Positions 17,520 through 28,214 of a stretch of 64,000 nt of DNA are shown piece by piece. Location of the stretch: positions 32,001 to 96,000 of the IMG/VR virus record IMGVR_UViG_2940228231_000002; one strand, written 5' to 3'. Every line of letters starts with the position of its first letter. The first letter of the stretch is position 1. The notes under the pieces were generated by a model that had not been told where the DNA came from, did no database searches, and was given only the letters and a program-made list of their open reading frames with translations. Source of the DNA: a virus (lineage: Duplodnaviria; Caudoviricetes). The position numbers and the translations under genes are program-made.

Positions 17520-17897
17520 TTAGCGTGCTATCCTTACAATTTCCGCCTCACTTACTTCAATGTTTAACTCTTCTGCCTCTTCCAACATATCCGCAATTTC
17601 TGGGTACTCATCTAAATGATCAATCACTTCTTGATATTCTTCCCAGTATAGAGCGTCGCCTATTTCCATTACGAGTCCGTCAAGGATGCCCTCGTGCTGC
17701 AATGCCCTCACGACAAACTCTTTTTGCACGCCATCAAACTGCTCGCAATTTTCGGCACATTCTTCAATCAATTCTTGCCTCAGATATGGGTCATATAATA
17801 TTTCCAGTATATCTTCCGCATCTTCCACCAATGTTTCCACTGCAAGCGACAGATTATCGAGCATTTCCGTGCTCCCCAAATATTCCTTCATATTCAT
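17520..17897 (-). CDS. acidic hypothetical protein
   Basis: 125 aa, very Glu/Asp-rich. Confidence 0.7.
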   Translation of the reverse strand: MNMKEYLGSTEMLDNLSLAVETLVEDAEDILEILYDPYLRQELIEECAENCEQFDGVQKEFVVRALQHEGILDGLVMEIGDALYWEEYQEVIDHLDEYPEIADMLEEAEELNIEVSEAEIVRIAR

Positions 17898-18043
17898 TTT
17901 TTGCCTTTCCTTTCAATCAAAAAAGTGGGCACATTTTTCGCCCACCTTTTACGCAGCATTTCGCCATTTTCAATTTTTGCGTTATATTTTACACCTTTTG
18001 ATTTTCCATTTTTTCGGTATTATTCATATGTATATATAGTGTT

Positions 18044-18331
18044 CTATTTTTCGGTCTTATGCTTAATCACGTCGATAATCTCATCATCGTATATATCGGC
18101 AGTTCCCATGTTGTTATACACAAGCGTATATTTCGCCCCTACTTCAAATTCCCCATATACGCCCCACCATCCACCTTCTTCATTGTCAAAGGTAAATTCC
18201 GTGGTAATTTTGCCACCTTCCACGTGGTTGCCCACTGCCGTTGCCCCTGCAAAACGGATATTCTGCAATGGAATAATGGCACTACTGCCAATAAAAATGC
18301 TCATAGTTATTGCGATTAATTTAATCTTCAT
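18044..18331 (-). CDS. hypothetical protein with signal or TM segment
   Basis: MKIKLIAITMSIFIG; NNMGTADIYDDEII. Confidence 0.65.
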   Translation of the reverse strand: MKIKLIAITMSIFIGSSAIIPLQNIRFAGATAVGNHVEGGKITTEFTFDNEEGGWWGVYGEFEVGAKYTLVYNNMGTADIYDDEIIDVIKHKTEK

Positions 18332-18344
18332 GGTGCTCACTCTC

Positions 18345-18851
18345 CTAATATATATACTTGCCACGTTGTTCGTCGGCAATCTGCTCTAATGTTCTGTGCC
18401 CCACTACAATTTCAATTGTGGATTTTGGGTAATGGTTCGCCTGATACTTGCGTGCCTCATATTTCACTTCGCCAAACGCAGGACGCAAATCGCCCTTCTT
18501 AGCTATCTTGTGGGCTAAATCGCCCCATGATACTTGGCACTCCTCTTCATGCTCATAATACATATTGAGTATGCAGTCACTCGTCTTTGATGCCTCTATG
18601 CACTTCTGCCACGGTGTCCAATTTGCGTGCCCACCACTCTTTGTTGGGTCAGATACTACTGGTCGGTAAATTGCCAGTCGTGGTCTGCCCTTGTAGTAGC
18701 CATTTTTGCCCTTAACTTTATAGTCCATGCAATAAAATACGCCCTTCTCGTCTTGCCCATAGATCGCCCCTTTGGGTAGTTCTCGCTCATGATATTTGAA
18801 GCCATGTGCCTTGACTATTTTTAGTCGCACTGGGTATTTGCGTGTGTTCAT
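18345..18851 (-). CDS. hypothetical protein
   Basis: 168 aa after GGAGGT RBS. Confidence 0.65.
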   Translation of the reverse strand: MNTRKYPVRLKIVKAHGFKYHERELPKGAIYGQDEKGVFYCMDYKVKGKNGYYKGRPRLAIYRPVVSDPTKSGGHANWTPWQKCIEASKTSDCILNMYYEHEEECQVSWGDLAHKIAKKGDLRPAFGEVKYEARKYQANHYPKSTIEIVVGHRTLEQIADEQRGKYIY

Positions 18852-19485
18852 TTTCTCACACCTCCTGCTGTTGGACTCTTGATTGGTACAGCAATAAGCT
18901 TGCCAGTTCTTTCATCTCGCACTGCCCTAACAAATGCACACTGCATCTGGGCAGACTGATTGCGTTTCTGTTCGTCATTCTTCATTTTCGCCACCTCCTA
19001 CATTGGTGCAATGCCGTATTCGTGCAGTTTGCCACTAAGCCATACTAAAACTAGTGCCGTGCCTAGTACGCACTTCACAGAAAAAACGATTATTTGTTTC
19101 GTGGTGAGTTCTTCACTAGACCACTTGGCGTACGCCTCTTCAAAGTTATATTTCATGATTGGTTCTTCCCTTCTTTGCCACTTAAAAATGGGCAGACTGA
19201 TTGCGTCACTGCCCACTTATTTTTTCGCCCACGTATGACGCTTGCCACGGTGTATCGGCTGATTGCCAATTATTGCACACGCAAGGCATAAATATTGCGT
19301 TACGGCACACTTATTGCGTATATTTTGCGTGCTGTTTGCCGTTTATAAACCTACTTATGATAAATTCGCTTATTATAAGCCTACAATATAAGGTTTGTTT
19401 GTACACTAAAAAAGCAAGGCAAGTGCCTTGCTTTCCGTTCCCATATTAAAAAGGCAAGGGAAATACTCCCTTGCCTATATGATGC

Positions 19486-20322
19486 CTATGCAGTCTTAAC
19501 CTGTGCTTTGGCTTTCGCTTCTACGGTTGAAACCTTGCTCTTCTCATGCTCTTCAATCGCTGACTTCAAACCGTCCTTGTCTGCCTTTGCTACGTATGAT
19601 TGTATGATACTCTTCTTAAGTCCAGACTTGCTAGCTCTACGTTGTAGCCGTTGCCATGACTTCGTTGCAGTCTGTTCGGCTGAAGTAACAAAGTCCTTGT
19701 GGGTCTTCAAGCCAATCAATTGATAAGCTATATACTGCTCTACTTGTTTACGGAATGCATTGGCATTCACTTGACTATACATTGTGGTGGTGTATATCGG
19801 CTCTTCCCTTCTCACTCTTGCACGCTCTACCTGTATCTCTTCAATCTTGCTTGCCTTGACTGTATCGGATAAACGCTTGTTCTGTTCGATTTTTTCTACT
19901 TCATCGGCAAACTTCTTCATAATTGCCTTGCCCTCTTCGGTCAATTCTCTTCTATGAGCCTTCGGTAACAAGGCTTTGTGATTGCCCAAAGTCTTGACGA
20001 TTGCTTGTTGTTCGGCTGTCGGAATGCCCAACATTGATAGAATCGCCTTGAATGAGATGTCTAAACCTGTGCCAGTGCCACCATTAAAAGCCTTGAAAAG
20101 TGCTTTTTGATAGTCTTCAACCTTTAGCTTGTAATCAACAAATGCAATGGCTGAGCCTGTAGCATCCCACTGTTTTTTGTCAAACGGTAGATAAGCCTTG
20201 CCGTCTGCACAAGCTGTTGCCTTTGCTTTTAGCTGTTCGGTTAGGTTATTGGCTGTTGCCAATGGTGTTGCCTTTGGTTCTGCCTTTGCTGTAGCGTTCG
20301 TTTTTAGATTGTTCTTTTTCAT
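19486..20322 (-). CDS. basic Ala/Lys-rich hypothetical protein, first gene of the left arm
   Basis: 278 aa; strong RBS; followed by two terminator-like hairpins at 19410-19476. Confidence 0.75.
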   Translation of the reverse strand: MKKNNLKTNATAKAEPKATPLATANNLTEQLKAKATACADGKAYLPFDKKQWDATGSAIAFVDYKLKVEDYQKALFKAFNGGTGTGLDISFKAILSMLGIPTAEQQAIVKTLGNHKALLPKAHRRELTEEGKAIMKKFADEVEKIEQNKRLSDTVKASKIEEIQVERARVRREEPIYTTTMYSQVNANAFRKQVEQYIAYQLIGLKTHKDFVTSAEQTATKSWQRLQRRASKSGLKKSIIQSYVAKADKDGLKSAIEEHEKSKVSTVEAKAKAQVKTA

Positions 20323-21107
20323 GGTTTCCTTCTCCTTCTCCGTCTACTGACGGTTAACAAATGTATTCAAGTGGGATTGTCCCACTTGCTCAAAACAACC
20401 AGTAGTAGATTGGCTTAAGCAAGTGCCTAACCTGTAGGCACTTGAATATAAAAACGTACGTTGTACGGTCAAAGTCATGTTGTGATATATATGGGATTGC
20501 TCCCTTGTCCATAACCGTCACATTCCTGTGCTGACTATCTCTAGCCGTCACGGTTAGTTGCCCTTGTGGGTAAGACTCTATATATATTTGTTAAGGTTCA
20601 ATCTAGTTATGCCATTTCCGTCGCTGTCGATATGTCAACTAAAGCATTAATTCAAAAATAAAGCAAGCGAAAAAATGAAAAAAGGCTAAAAAAGATATAC
20701 GGAAACCTTATAACCGTTGGAATACCAACATTTATAAAGAGTTTTAACTAATGTTAAAAGTTAAAACTGGGGGGTAGGTTTTTCCCAAAGCCTTGCAATC
20801 ACTGGATTAGATCCGGTTAGGGGGTATCAAAAGCACGTAATTTAACCCCCGAAACCACCGATTCTGACCCTTTTTTCTATCGAACGTAACTTCGGTAAAA
20901 CCCCCTAAACTAGCATTATCAACGCTCCTACGCCCCCTGTATAATTCCGTTGCAAATGCAACGAAACTACAAATAGAGGTGCAAATCCCCCAAGGAAAGC
21001 CACTTTATAGCCGAATGTGTATATATCGCACTGCGATACATGTGCAGCAGAAGCCCCCGTTTGCAGTCCCCCGCCCAAAAACTTTTCAAATAAATGTAAC
21101 AAAAAGC

Positions 21108-21136
21108 TTGCATTTCCCCCTCAAATGTGCTATAAT
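21108..21136 (+). promoter_or_regulatory. sigmaA-type promoter of the recombinase
   Basis: TTGCAT-17-TATAAT with TG at the extended -10. Confidence 0.75.
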
Positions 21137-21340
21137 GTAGAAAATGGATAAGAAGCCTGCTGCGGGAAACCGAAGAATGCGCCAGTTGTTGCAAATTGGG
21201 CATTTATAAGCAACAAGCGAGTGAGACATGTGCTGCATGCCGTGTCTTAAGTTATCGGGCTGCTTTTCAAAAATAAGTAATAAAAGGGATATAAGGGGCA
21301 CACATTCGCCCCGAGGAGAGCTAATAAAGGGGGAGATAAA

Positions 21341-22207
21341 ATGTTAGCAAATAAATACAATTATGAGGACTATTACAAGGCGAATAAGACGCACACAGAG
21401 GAAGGGGCAACTTACGAGGATACACAGATACTGCCCTTCCCCACTATGAGGGAGCAGGAAGAGGAGCAGGGGCAAGAAGTAGCCACCCCCCTCCCACTAC
21501 AAAAAGGAGCAGAGGGAGAACACAACCCCTCCCCTTCACGTAGTGACATATATAGAAAGCCTACCACCACCCAGTACAAGTCAGACGGCATATTAAAGCC
21601 AACCGCTGCCGATCCCATCAGGGATGCCAGTGACGTGCAAAAGATGTTAACATACTTTCTTGACAAAGGTAAGGTACGGGACTATACATTTTTGACGCTT
21701 GGTATATCGTTTGCCCTAAGAGCGGGCGATCTACTGTCGCTTAAGATAGAGGACGTATTTAACTTAGATGGCACAGTGAAGAGCCACTTTGTCATTTACG
21801 AGGATAAGACAAACAAGAGGCAGAAGGTGCACATCAATGAGAAGTGCAAGGAAGCCCTGTCCCTTTATCTAGACTCACTGGATGACGTATACAGCACTGA
21901 CCCACTGTTTATGAGTAGGCAGCGCGATCAGTGGGGCAACAAAAAGGCGATTACCATTCAGCAGGCAATCACGGTGCTAAAGAAGGCGGCCAAGGAGTGT
22001 GGCGTTAAGGGGCACATTAGCAGTCATAGTATGAGGAAGACATTCGCCTACCACACGATAAAGAACAATGAGGGCAATCAAGAGGTGTTACTGATGTTAC
22101 AGCACATGTACAAGCACACGGACATAAAGACCACATTCAGGTACTGCGGGATTGAAGAGGAGCAGATTGACGCACTGAGAGAAGATATAGGCGGGATTTT
22201 ACTATGA
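21341..22207 (+). CDS. tyrosine recombinase
   Basis: ALRAGDLL (R); EDKT (K); SHSMRKTF (HxxR); KH...TTFRY (H, Y). Confidence 0.92.
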   Translation: MLANKYNYEDYYKANKTHTEEGATYEDTQILPFPTMREQEEEQGQEVATPLPLQKGAEGEHNPSPSRSDIYRKPTTTQYKSDGILKPTAADPIRDASDVQKMLTYFLDKGKVRDYTFLTLGISFALRAGDLLSLKIEDVFNLDGTVKSHFVIYEDKTNKRQKVHINEKCKEALSLYLDSLDDVYSTDPLFMSRQRDQWGNKKAITIQQAITVLKKAAKECGVKGHISSHSMRKTFAYHTIKNNEGNQEVLLMLQHMYKHTDIKTTFRYCGIEEEQIDALREDIGGILL

Positions 22208-22822
22208 GGCGGCGAGTAAGGAGCGAAGTACAGTGTCCCTATAGAGCGAGGAAAGGATTTAGGCAAGCAACTTATCAAGTGGCGAGTAAAAGTAGCCACA
22301 TACGTCGCTCAAGAGTCTGTACGGTGTCATATGGGGCAAGGGTCGGTATGCAGATAGGCATAGAAGCAGTGGCCCACATTACAGGGCAAGAGAAGAGAGA
22401 GCCACCATGAGGCTGGAACAGTAAGGGGCGGGATAAGACACAGAAGTCCACATCCCCCTTCCCCACCACAGGGGCAAGTAAGTAGTAGTGATAGTAAGCA
22501 GTGAGGGGCGTGACTTGCAAGTAGCGATGGAGACACACAGTAGGAGGCAAAGAGGAGTAGCGAGGGAGAGAGGGAGGCAGGGGTATGGCGCAAGCCACAC
22601 GAGCGTAAGCGAAGCATAAGCGATTGCTGAAAAGCAAGAGCGCCCTAAAATCTACTTATTGTATTAAAATACAATATTAATTTAAGGATTCAGAAAATAC
22701 ATATTTTGGGTGACGGTAAACTATATGTGTATCCCATAGTGTTACCACCAAACGGTGATTTTCTGATAGTCATGCTAAAATTGAAAAACTACAAAAAAAC
22801 ACGAAAAATTAGAGGAGAAAAA

Positions 22823-23665
22823 ATGATAGAAAAAGATAAAAAAAAGATCAGAAAAGATGATCAGCGAAGATATATAATTGTGCCTTCAGAAATTTGGGAG
22901 AAGAGAAATGAATATAGACTTCTTCTGCCGATATTTGTTTTCTTACAAACTCACAGGAGATTTGATGAAAAAGTAACGGCAAATATGCAAATGTTAATGG
23001 GAGCATGTGGGTTCTCATACGAAAATAAGCATAATAGAAAGAAAAATATTGAGGAAATTTGCACCACATTAGACTATTTGAAAGAGACCTATCACATTGA
23101 AAAGTTCACAGCTATTGATAATACGACAGAGGTAGATATTAGATGTATTATGCCGTCGGCAGTGTTTATCATAGAGATGAATATTTTAATTACAAACTTC
23201 AGACAAGATGACAAGTTGTTTATCAAAATATGGGTGGAAGACTATGTTGCCATCTGCAATCATTTTTCAAAAAACAATAGGACGCAACTTAGAGGTGCAT
23301 TAATGTTATATGCTTATGTTGTTCGTAGCATGTTTTGGAAGAGCTCTAGGAGTTTTGATACAGAGGAAGAACTTTGTATGTATATAGATGAAAACCCTGA
23401 GTACTTTAGAAAAGATATACAGTCCATCGCAGATGATCTCAACATGAGTGGAATGTCTAAATCAACCATAGGACGTCTGCTTAAGCTCTTAGAAAGTGCA
23501 GGAGCCCTACACCACAGGACTGGATATGTGATAACTAAAAAAGGTACGGTGTCTAATGTAGGAACAGTTATGGTGCGCCACACGCCCTATTGGGAAAGAG
23601 AATTAGATTCTGCACTGCATAAGGAATTAAATAAGAGAAGGAGATATAAAAATGCGGAAAATTGA
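22823..23665 (+). CDS. hypothetical, possibly winged-helix replication or regulatory protein
   Basis: IQSIADDL.MS.STIGRLLKLLE; paralog of next gene (ENPEY, YWE.ELDSA). Confidence 0.65.
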   Translation: MIEKDKKKIRKDDQRRYIIVPSEIWEKRNEYRLLLPIFVFLQTHRRFDEKVTANMQMLMGACGFSYENKHNRKKNIEEICTTLDYLKETYHIEKFTAIDNTTEVDIRCIMPSAVFIIEMNILITNFRQDDKLFIKIWVEDYVAICNHFSKNNRTQLRGALMLYAYVVRSMFWKSSRSFDTEEELCMYIDENPEYFRKDIQSIADDLNMSGMSKSTIGRLLKLLESAGALHHRTGYVITKKGTVSNVGTVMVRHTPYWERELDSALHKELNKRRRYKNAEN

Positions 23666-24431
23666 AGACAAACTCTTTATTCAGATTCCAAAAGACATTT
23701 TTGTTGTCGCACGAAGAAATAAGCTAATATTGCCTCTGTTTATAGAGATAAAATCATCTCCAAACAATTATGAAACTCAGAAATTAGACTTAAATAAAGT
23801 GGTTGAAAAAATTGGCACTCCTGAATCACATTTGTTAGATGAGTTGAAATATATAGAACTTGTCAACAGTGCGATTGATAAGATGAGATGTTATGGAGAT
23901 ATTAAATATGCGAAATTTAAGAAGAGCGGAGAATTTTCCGTAAATAGCTCCGTATCATTTGTCCCACAAACATCTTATTTGAAATATAAAGAACGCCCTT
24001 ATGTTGTTGGATATTATGAGGATTTTAGGGCGATTATTAACTACTGTGAGGCAAATGAAGTGCCTATAATTGGTGAAATGTGCGTGATGTACACTTATAT
24101 TAAGAAAGCAATTTTTAATGCATCATATAGCTTAGACTTTGCAGACCCCAGCGATTGGTCTGCATATGTTGTGGAGAATCCTGAATATCGGGTGTTGAGC
24201 ATTAATACGATTTATAACGGAATAAAGCCTGCAATGGACAAGGAGCAGATAGATACAGTAATAAAAGCCCTTGATGATTGCGAAGCCCTCCACTATCGAA
24301 AGCTAGAGGACGGGAGATACTTATTTGTAAATGACTCAGTTTACTGGGAATTAGAAATGGATAGTGCTATTAAGAAAGAGCGAGAATTAGAGGACTCTCG
24401 CGCGAAAGAAGAAGAAAGGAGTTCTAGTTAA
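23652..24431 (+). CDS. hypothetical protein, paralog of 22823-23665
   Basis: Shared motifs. Confidence 0.7.
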   Translation: MRKIEDKLFIQIPKDIFVVARRNKLILPLFIEIKSSPNNYETQKLDLNKVVEKIGTPESHLLDELKYIELVNSAIDKMRCYGDIKYAKFKKSGEFSVNSSVSFVPQTSYLKYKERPYVVGYYEDFRAIINYCEANEVPIIGEMCVMYTYIKKAIFNASYSLDFADPSDWSAYVVENPEYRVLSINTIYNGIKPAMDKEQIDTVIKALDDCEALHYRKLEDGRYLFVNDSVYWELEMDSAIKKERELEDSRAKEEERSSS

Positions 24432-24452
24432 ATTGACGGCTAGTAAAAGTGA

Positions 24453-24653
24453 ATGACAGAAAGGATTAGAGATTTATTCACCTGTAAGAACTGCCAATGG
24501 AGTACGCAGTGTGGTGATAGCAACGGGGAAATTTGTGAGTGGTACGACTCACTATGCGAGTTAGAGGGCGAAGTTGAAGAGCGCCTAATAGTTGAAGCCA
24601 ATCGCCTAAAATATGGGCACGATTGGGAGATTTATATAAAAGAAGACAATTAG
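24453..24653 (+). CDS. small Cys-rich protein
   Basis: CKNCQW..QC. Confidence 0.6.
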   Translation: MTERIRDLFTCKNCQWSTQCGDSNGEICEWYDSLCELEGEVEERLIVEANRLKYGHDWEIYIKEDN

Positions 24654-24674
24654 AGATTAAATTAAGGGGGAAAT

Positions 24675-24779
24675 ATGAAAAATATTGTAAAAGCGTTCAA
24701 AAATGAACAATTTGGAGAAGTTAGAACTATAAATGATAATGATGACTTGGGCGTAGAAAGTGAGGTTCGTATTGTTTGA
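24675..24779 (+). pseudogene. truncated Bro-N antirepressor remnant
   Basis: MKNIVKAFKNEQFGEVRTI, stop after 34 aa; RBS present; not in the ORF track. Confidence 0.6.
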
Positions 24780-24818
24780 TACACAGCAGAAAATGACTAG
24801 AGATTGCGGGGTGGTTTA

Positions 24819-27800
24819 ATGTTTGCACCTAAACTATACTCTGTTTACAAAATATCTTTGCGGGATATTGTGGCGGCTGACTATAGGCTGAGTGGTACTA
24901 ACGACGAGCTGAGAAAATATCGAGTGCGTCAGCAAGATGGTGGCATATTACGGCAAATACGCCTCATCACTGGAGACGACGGAAAGTTCAATCCATATAT
25001 TGTGTTCGTCATGTTAGATAAAAAAGACAAAGAGATTATTGCCCAAATAATCAGGAACGGCTTTTATATCAACGAGACCCACTTCACATTTAGTGAGAGG
25101 TCGGCATCTATGACAAGGAGCGGAATGTTAAGTTTTGTAGATACGACAATTATTGACGAACTTAATGAGCGTGTGAATATGGACATTGCAGATACTAAAA
25201 CGGTACTCAGCAAGAAATATGCATACCGAGGATTGTTCCTAAGCTCCAGTCATATGCTTGAGGGATTCTTCCCCAAGATGATTGTAGTGCCAGACTACTT
25301 CCCCACTATAAAAGACCAGCACATCAAATATGCTTATGATGATACGCTGCACTTTGTAGATAAAGAAGGTCGGGAACGCACGTGGACACAAAAGAATATC
25401 GCCGAGGGAATTAGGGATATTGAAATAAATGCTTTTGACGGGAGCGGGATTTGTCACCCTGCTATCTCAAGACAGATAGAGCAATTATTGGGAAGCCCTA
25501 CCCCTGTCAGCAGTTATATTATCCGCGCACCTTACATTAAGGGCCTTGTACATGAAATTGATTATGAGTCGTTTTTCTTAGAGCGAGGCATCACACAAAT
25601 CAAAGATATATGGGGCATATATCACGATTTCTCGGAGCCAATGATTATTATGACTGAGGGCATGTATAAGGGGCTTGGATATTTCAAGACCTACGGCGAT
25701 GAGCGAGATTGGGAGCTTTATTGGGAGAAATTTCATAAGTATGAGCATTGCATAGGCATTACAAAGTGGAACTTCACCGCCGATGAAGAGCCTGTGTATA
25801 CCAGAGCAAATTATCAGATACTGCAAGATTTGAAATTGTCTTATGAGGACTTTAGGAGCTTGTCGGACTACAGTATTGAATGGGCGGATAAAATTATCCA
25901 CGGAGATCCATTTTATACATACTCCTTCCTCGGAATGTACGCCGATAGTCATAAGGCAAAGAATGACTACATCGCTGCTATTCTTAAAGACCCAGAGATG
26001 TTAAAGGAGCAGAGCGTGAAAAAATACTTGCTGAACTCACTGACAAAATATCGCAATGATATGAAGTGTGGCAAGTTATGGCTTAAGTCAACATTTAAGT
26101 TCTTGGCTCCAGATTTAATTATGCTTATGGAATGGATTGGCGGGCTTGACCCTGTAGGCTCTTTGGAGAGTGACGAATTTTATTCTCATAGTAAAGACGG
26201 GGCTTATGAGGGAGAGTTCTTAATTGAACGGAACCCGCACATCTGCCATAGTGAACATACTATATTGACTGGTGTTCAAAATGAAGTAATCAACACATAT
26301 TGTTCTCATCTTGATAACGTGTGTATGATCAACTGTAAAAGTATTGTTCCTCAAAAAATAAACGGGGCCGATTACCCCTTAAAAAGTCCACCCTTGCAGG
26401 AATGCAAGGTGTGCAACGGTGTGAACTGCTTATCGGCAGGTGTGGTGGAAGCACATTGTATTGAGCAGGAAATGGCTCATTAATTCCGCTGCTAACTGGG
26501 GAGGTATGAATGTCGTGTTCATAATAATCCAGTGCTACACTTTAAGCAAATAAGCTTAAAGAAAGTCTAGAGACTATGGGTGATGAGTGTAGCCCAGTAC
26601 CTGCCCTATTGATACGGGTTTGGGAAGCGTACCGCCACCAGAACGGTGGAAGATATAGTCCCTATATATCAATATAGGTTTGATGGAGACCTGATTCTCC
26701 TGATTGATAATGAAATGATGATGCGAGGTGTTGACAGAGATGCTCCAGTGGTTATGGACATCGAAGACAAAATTACAGCCCTCGCTGAAGAGGATACAAT
26801 AGATAACCGAGTTAACCTAGTGTTACGCACAATAAACTCCTTAATTGGAGAAACGAGTAAATATTTGCTCCTTTGTATGGCGACATATAATAGCAAACCT
26901 CTTTAATTGCTGGAAACCCCTTAGAGCGTTTCTAACTACAACATAATCAGAAATGATAAGTGTGAATGTGTAAAAATAGAAACGATTGGGCAATCAGCAG
27001 CCAAGCTCCTTAAACGGAAAAGGTTCAACGACTATCGCATGTGCGAGTACATTCAAGCGAATGGAAACGGGAGGCATCTCCATGAGATGAAGATATAGTC
27101 TGTACATCTACGGAAACGTAGAGAGATGATATTAGCGACATCATCGTAACAAAGTAGAATTGTGCAACAGGTTATCACAATAAGCAACCACGAGACGAGG
27201 AAACAAGAAAGAAATACGAGTCTTATGTGGATTTATTAAGCATAATTAACGGAAAGGTGATAAATGCGTAGGCTGTCACCCTATGTGGCGACACATAGAA
27301 AACAAGTTGGTGAACTCGTAAATGCGAGGTGTGCATCTTACAGTTGGAATCGCAGGAAATGGCGATTTGAAGATGTGCTAACAGGGAAAAAGATTATCTC
27401 AATCCTGTGCCAAGCCTGAGCAGAGATGCTCTTGAAGGTCAAGAGACTAAGATACACGGGCTTTTTAAGTCTATGAAATCTGTACATGGTGAGTGAAATT
27501 CTCTCCGTGGAAGCGCCAACCTCTCACACTTGTGAGATGAAGATATAGTCCAAATGAGACTACGCCAAAACTGGAGTGTTGTACAACATTCCAAAACACA
27601 TTGCAAAATATAGTAAGCCCCTGCCCTACTTCATGAAATATGCGTCTGAGTATTATAAGGGATTGAATACTTTTTCAAACGCAAACAGCAACATGAATAG
27701 ACTTTGTAAAGATATTGAGAAATGGAGCAAGAAACAGAGATACACTGGGCTAGATAGAAACTTCGACTACAAAATAATGATAGACGATTCTATTGATATA

Positions 27801-28214
27801 GAGCCAGAGCTCCAAGAAGAAATAAATAAATTGTATTTAGAATTCTGTAAAGAAATGGCGGACTTGCACCATGACCAGACAAGCGTCAGAAAACGTGGAG
27901 ACGAGTCCTTGTCTAAGTATAATGCTATGAACTTTACAATTAACTGGGGATATTACTATGACACATATCGTGAAAGAAGCGAGAAAATTTGTGGGGATAA
28001 GAAAAAATTAGCAAACATGGCTGTTCGTGCCTGCTATGAATTTCACCCGCAAAAGAAGAACTCAAAATTTGCTTGGTGCGTCGCTGGAGATGGTATTGTT
28101 GAGAACTTAAAACAACGGTCTCACCCACTCCCGCTTAGAGACGATGACGGCGAATATGAGTATCTTGGGAAAAGATATACAATGAAACAAATAGAGGGGG
28201 TTGATGAAGAATAA
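24819..28214 (+). CDS. YonO-like single-subunit RNA polymerase; exons 24819-26372, 26679-26858, 27158-27261, 27557-28214 (about 831 aa)
   Basis: Splicing restores RNP..H, NGAD|FDGD, IGETS|NCAT and GKVI|DYAKTG in one frame. Confidence 0.88.
26373..26678 (+). ncRNA. group I intron 1 in the RNAP gene
   Basis: Exon ends in U, intron ends in G; AGACTA/TAGTC P7; splits NGAD/FDGD. Confidence 0.85.
26859..27157 (+). ncRNA. group I intron 2 in the RNAP gene
   Basis: P1 GAGU/GCUC; AATTGCTGGAAA; AATCAGCAG; CGACTA; AAGATATAGTC. Confidence 0.88.
27262..27556 (+). ncRNA. group I intron 3 in the RNAP gene
   Basis: P1 GGUGAU/GUCACC; P10 GCGUAGGCU pairs with exon AGACUACGC; AGACTA and AAGATATAGTC. Confidence 0.88.

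Noticed and set aside
22204-22637. Several overlapping short ORFs
   Set aside because: Low-complexity products of purine skew with no RBS or recognisable motifs.
24804-28214. Stop-codon recoding or pseudogene as the cause of the broken RNAP
   Set aside because: The breaks carry group I core motifs and their removal restores the frame; other genes read normally in the standard code.
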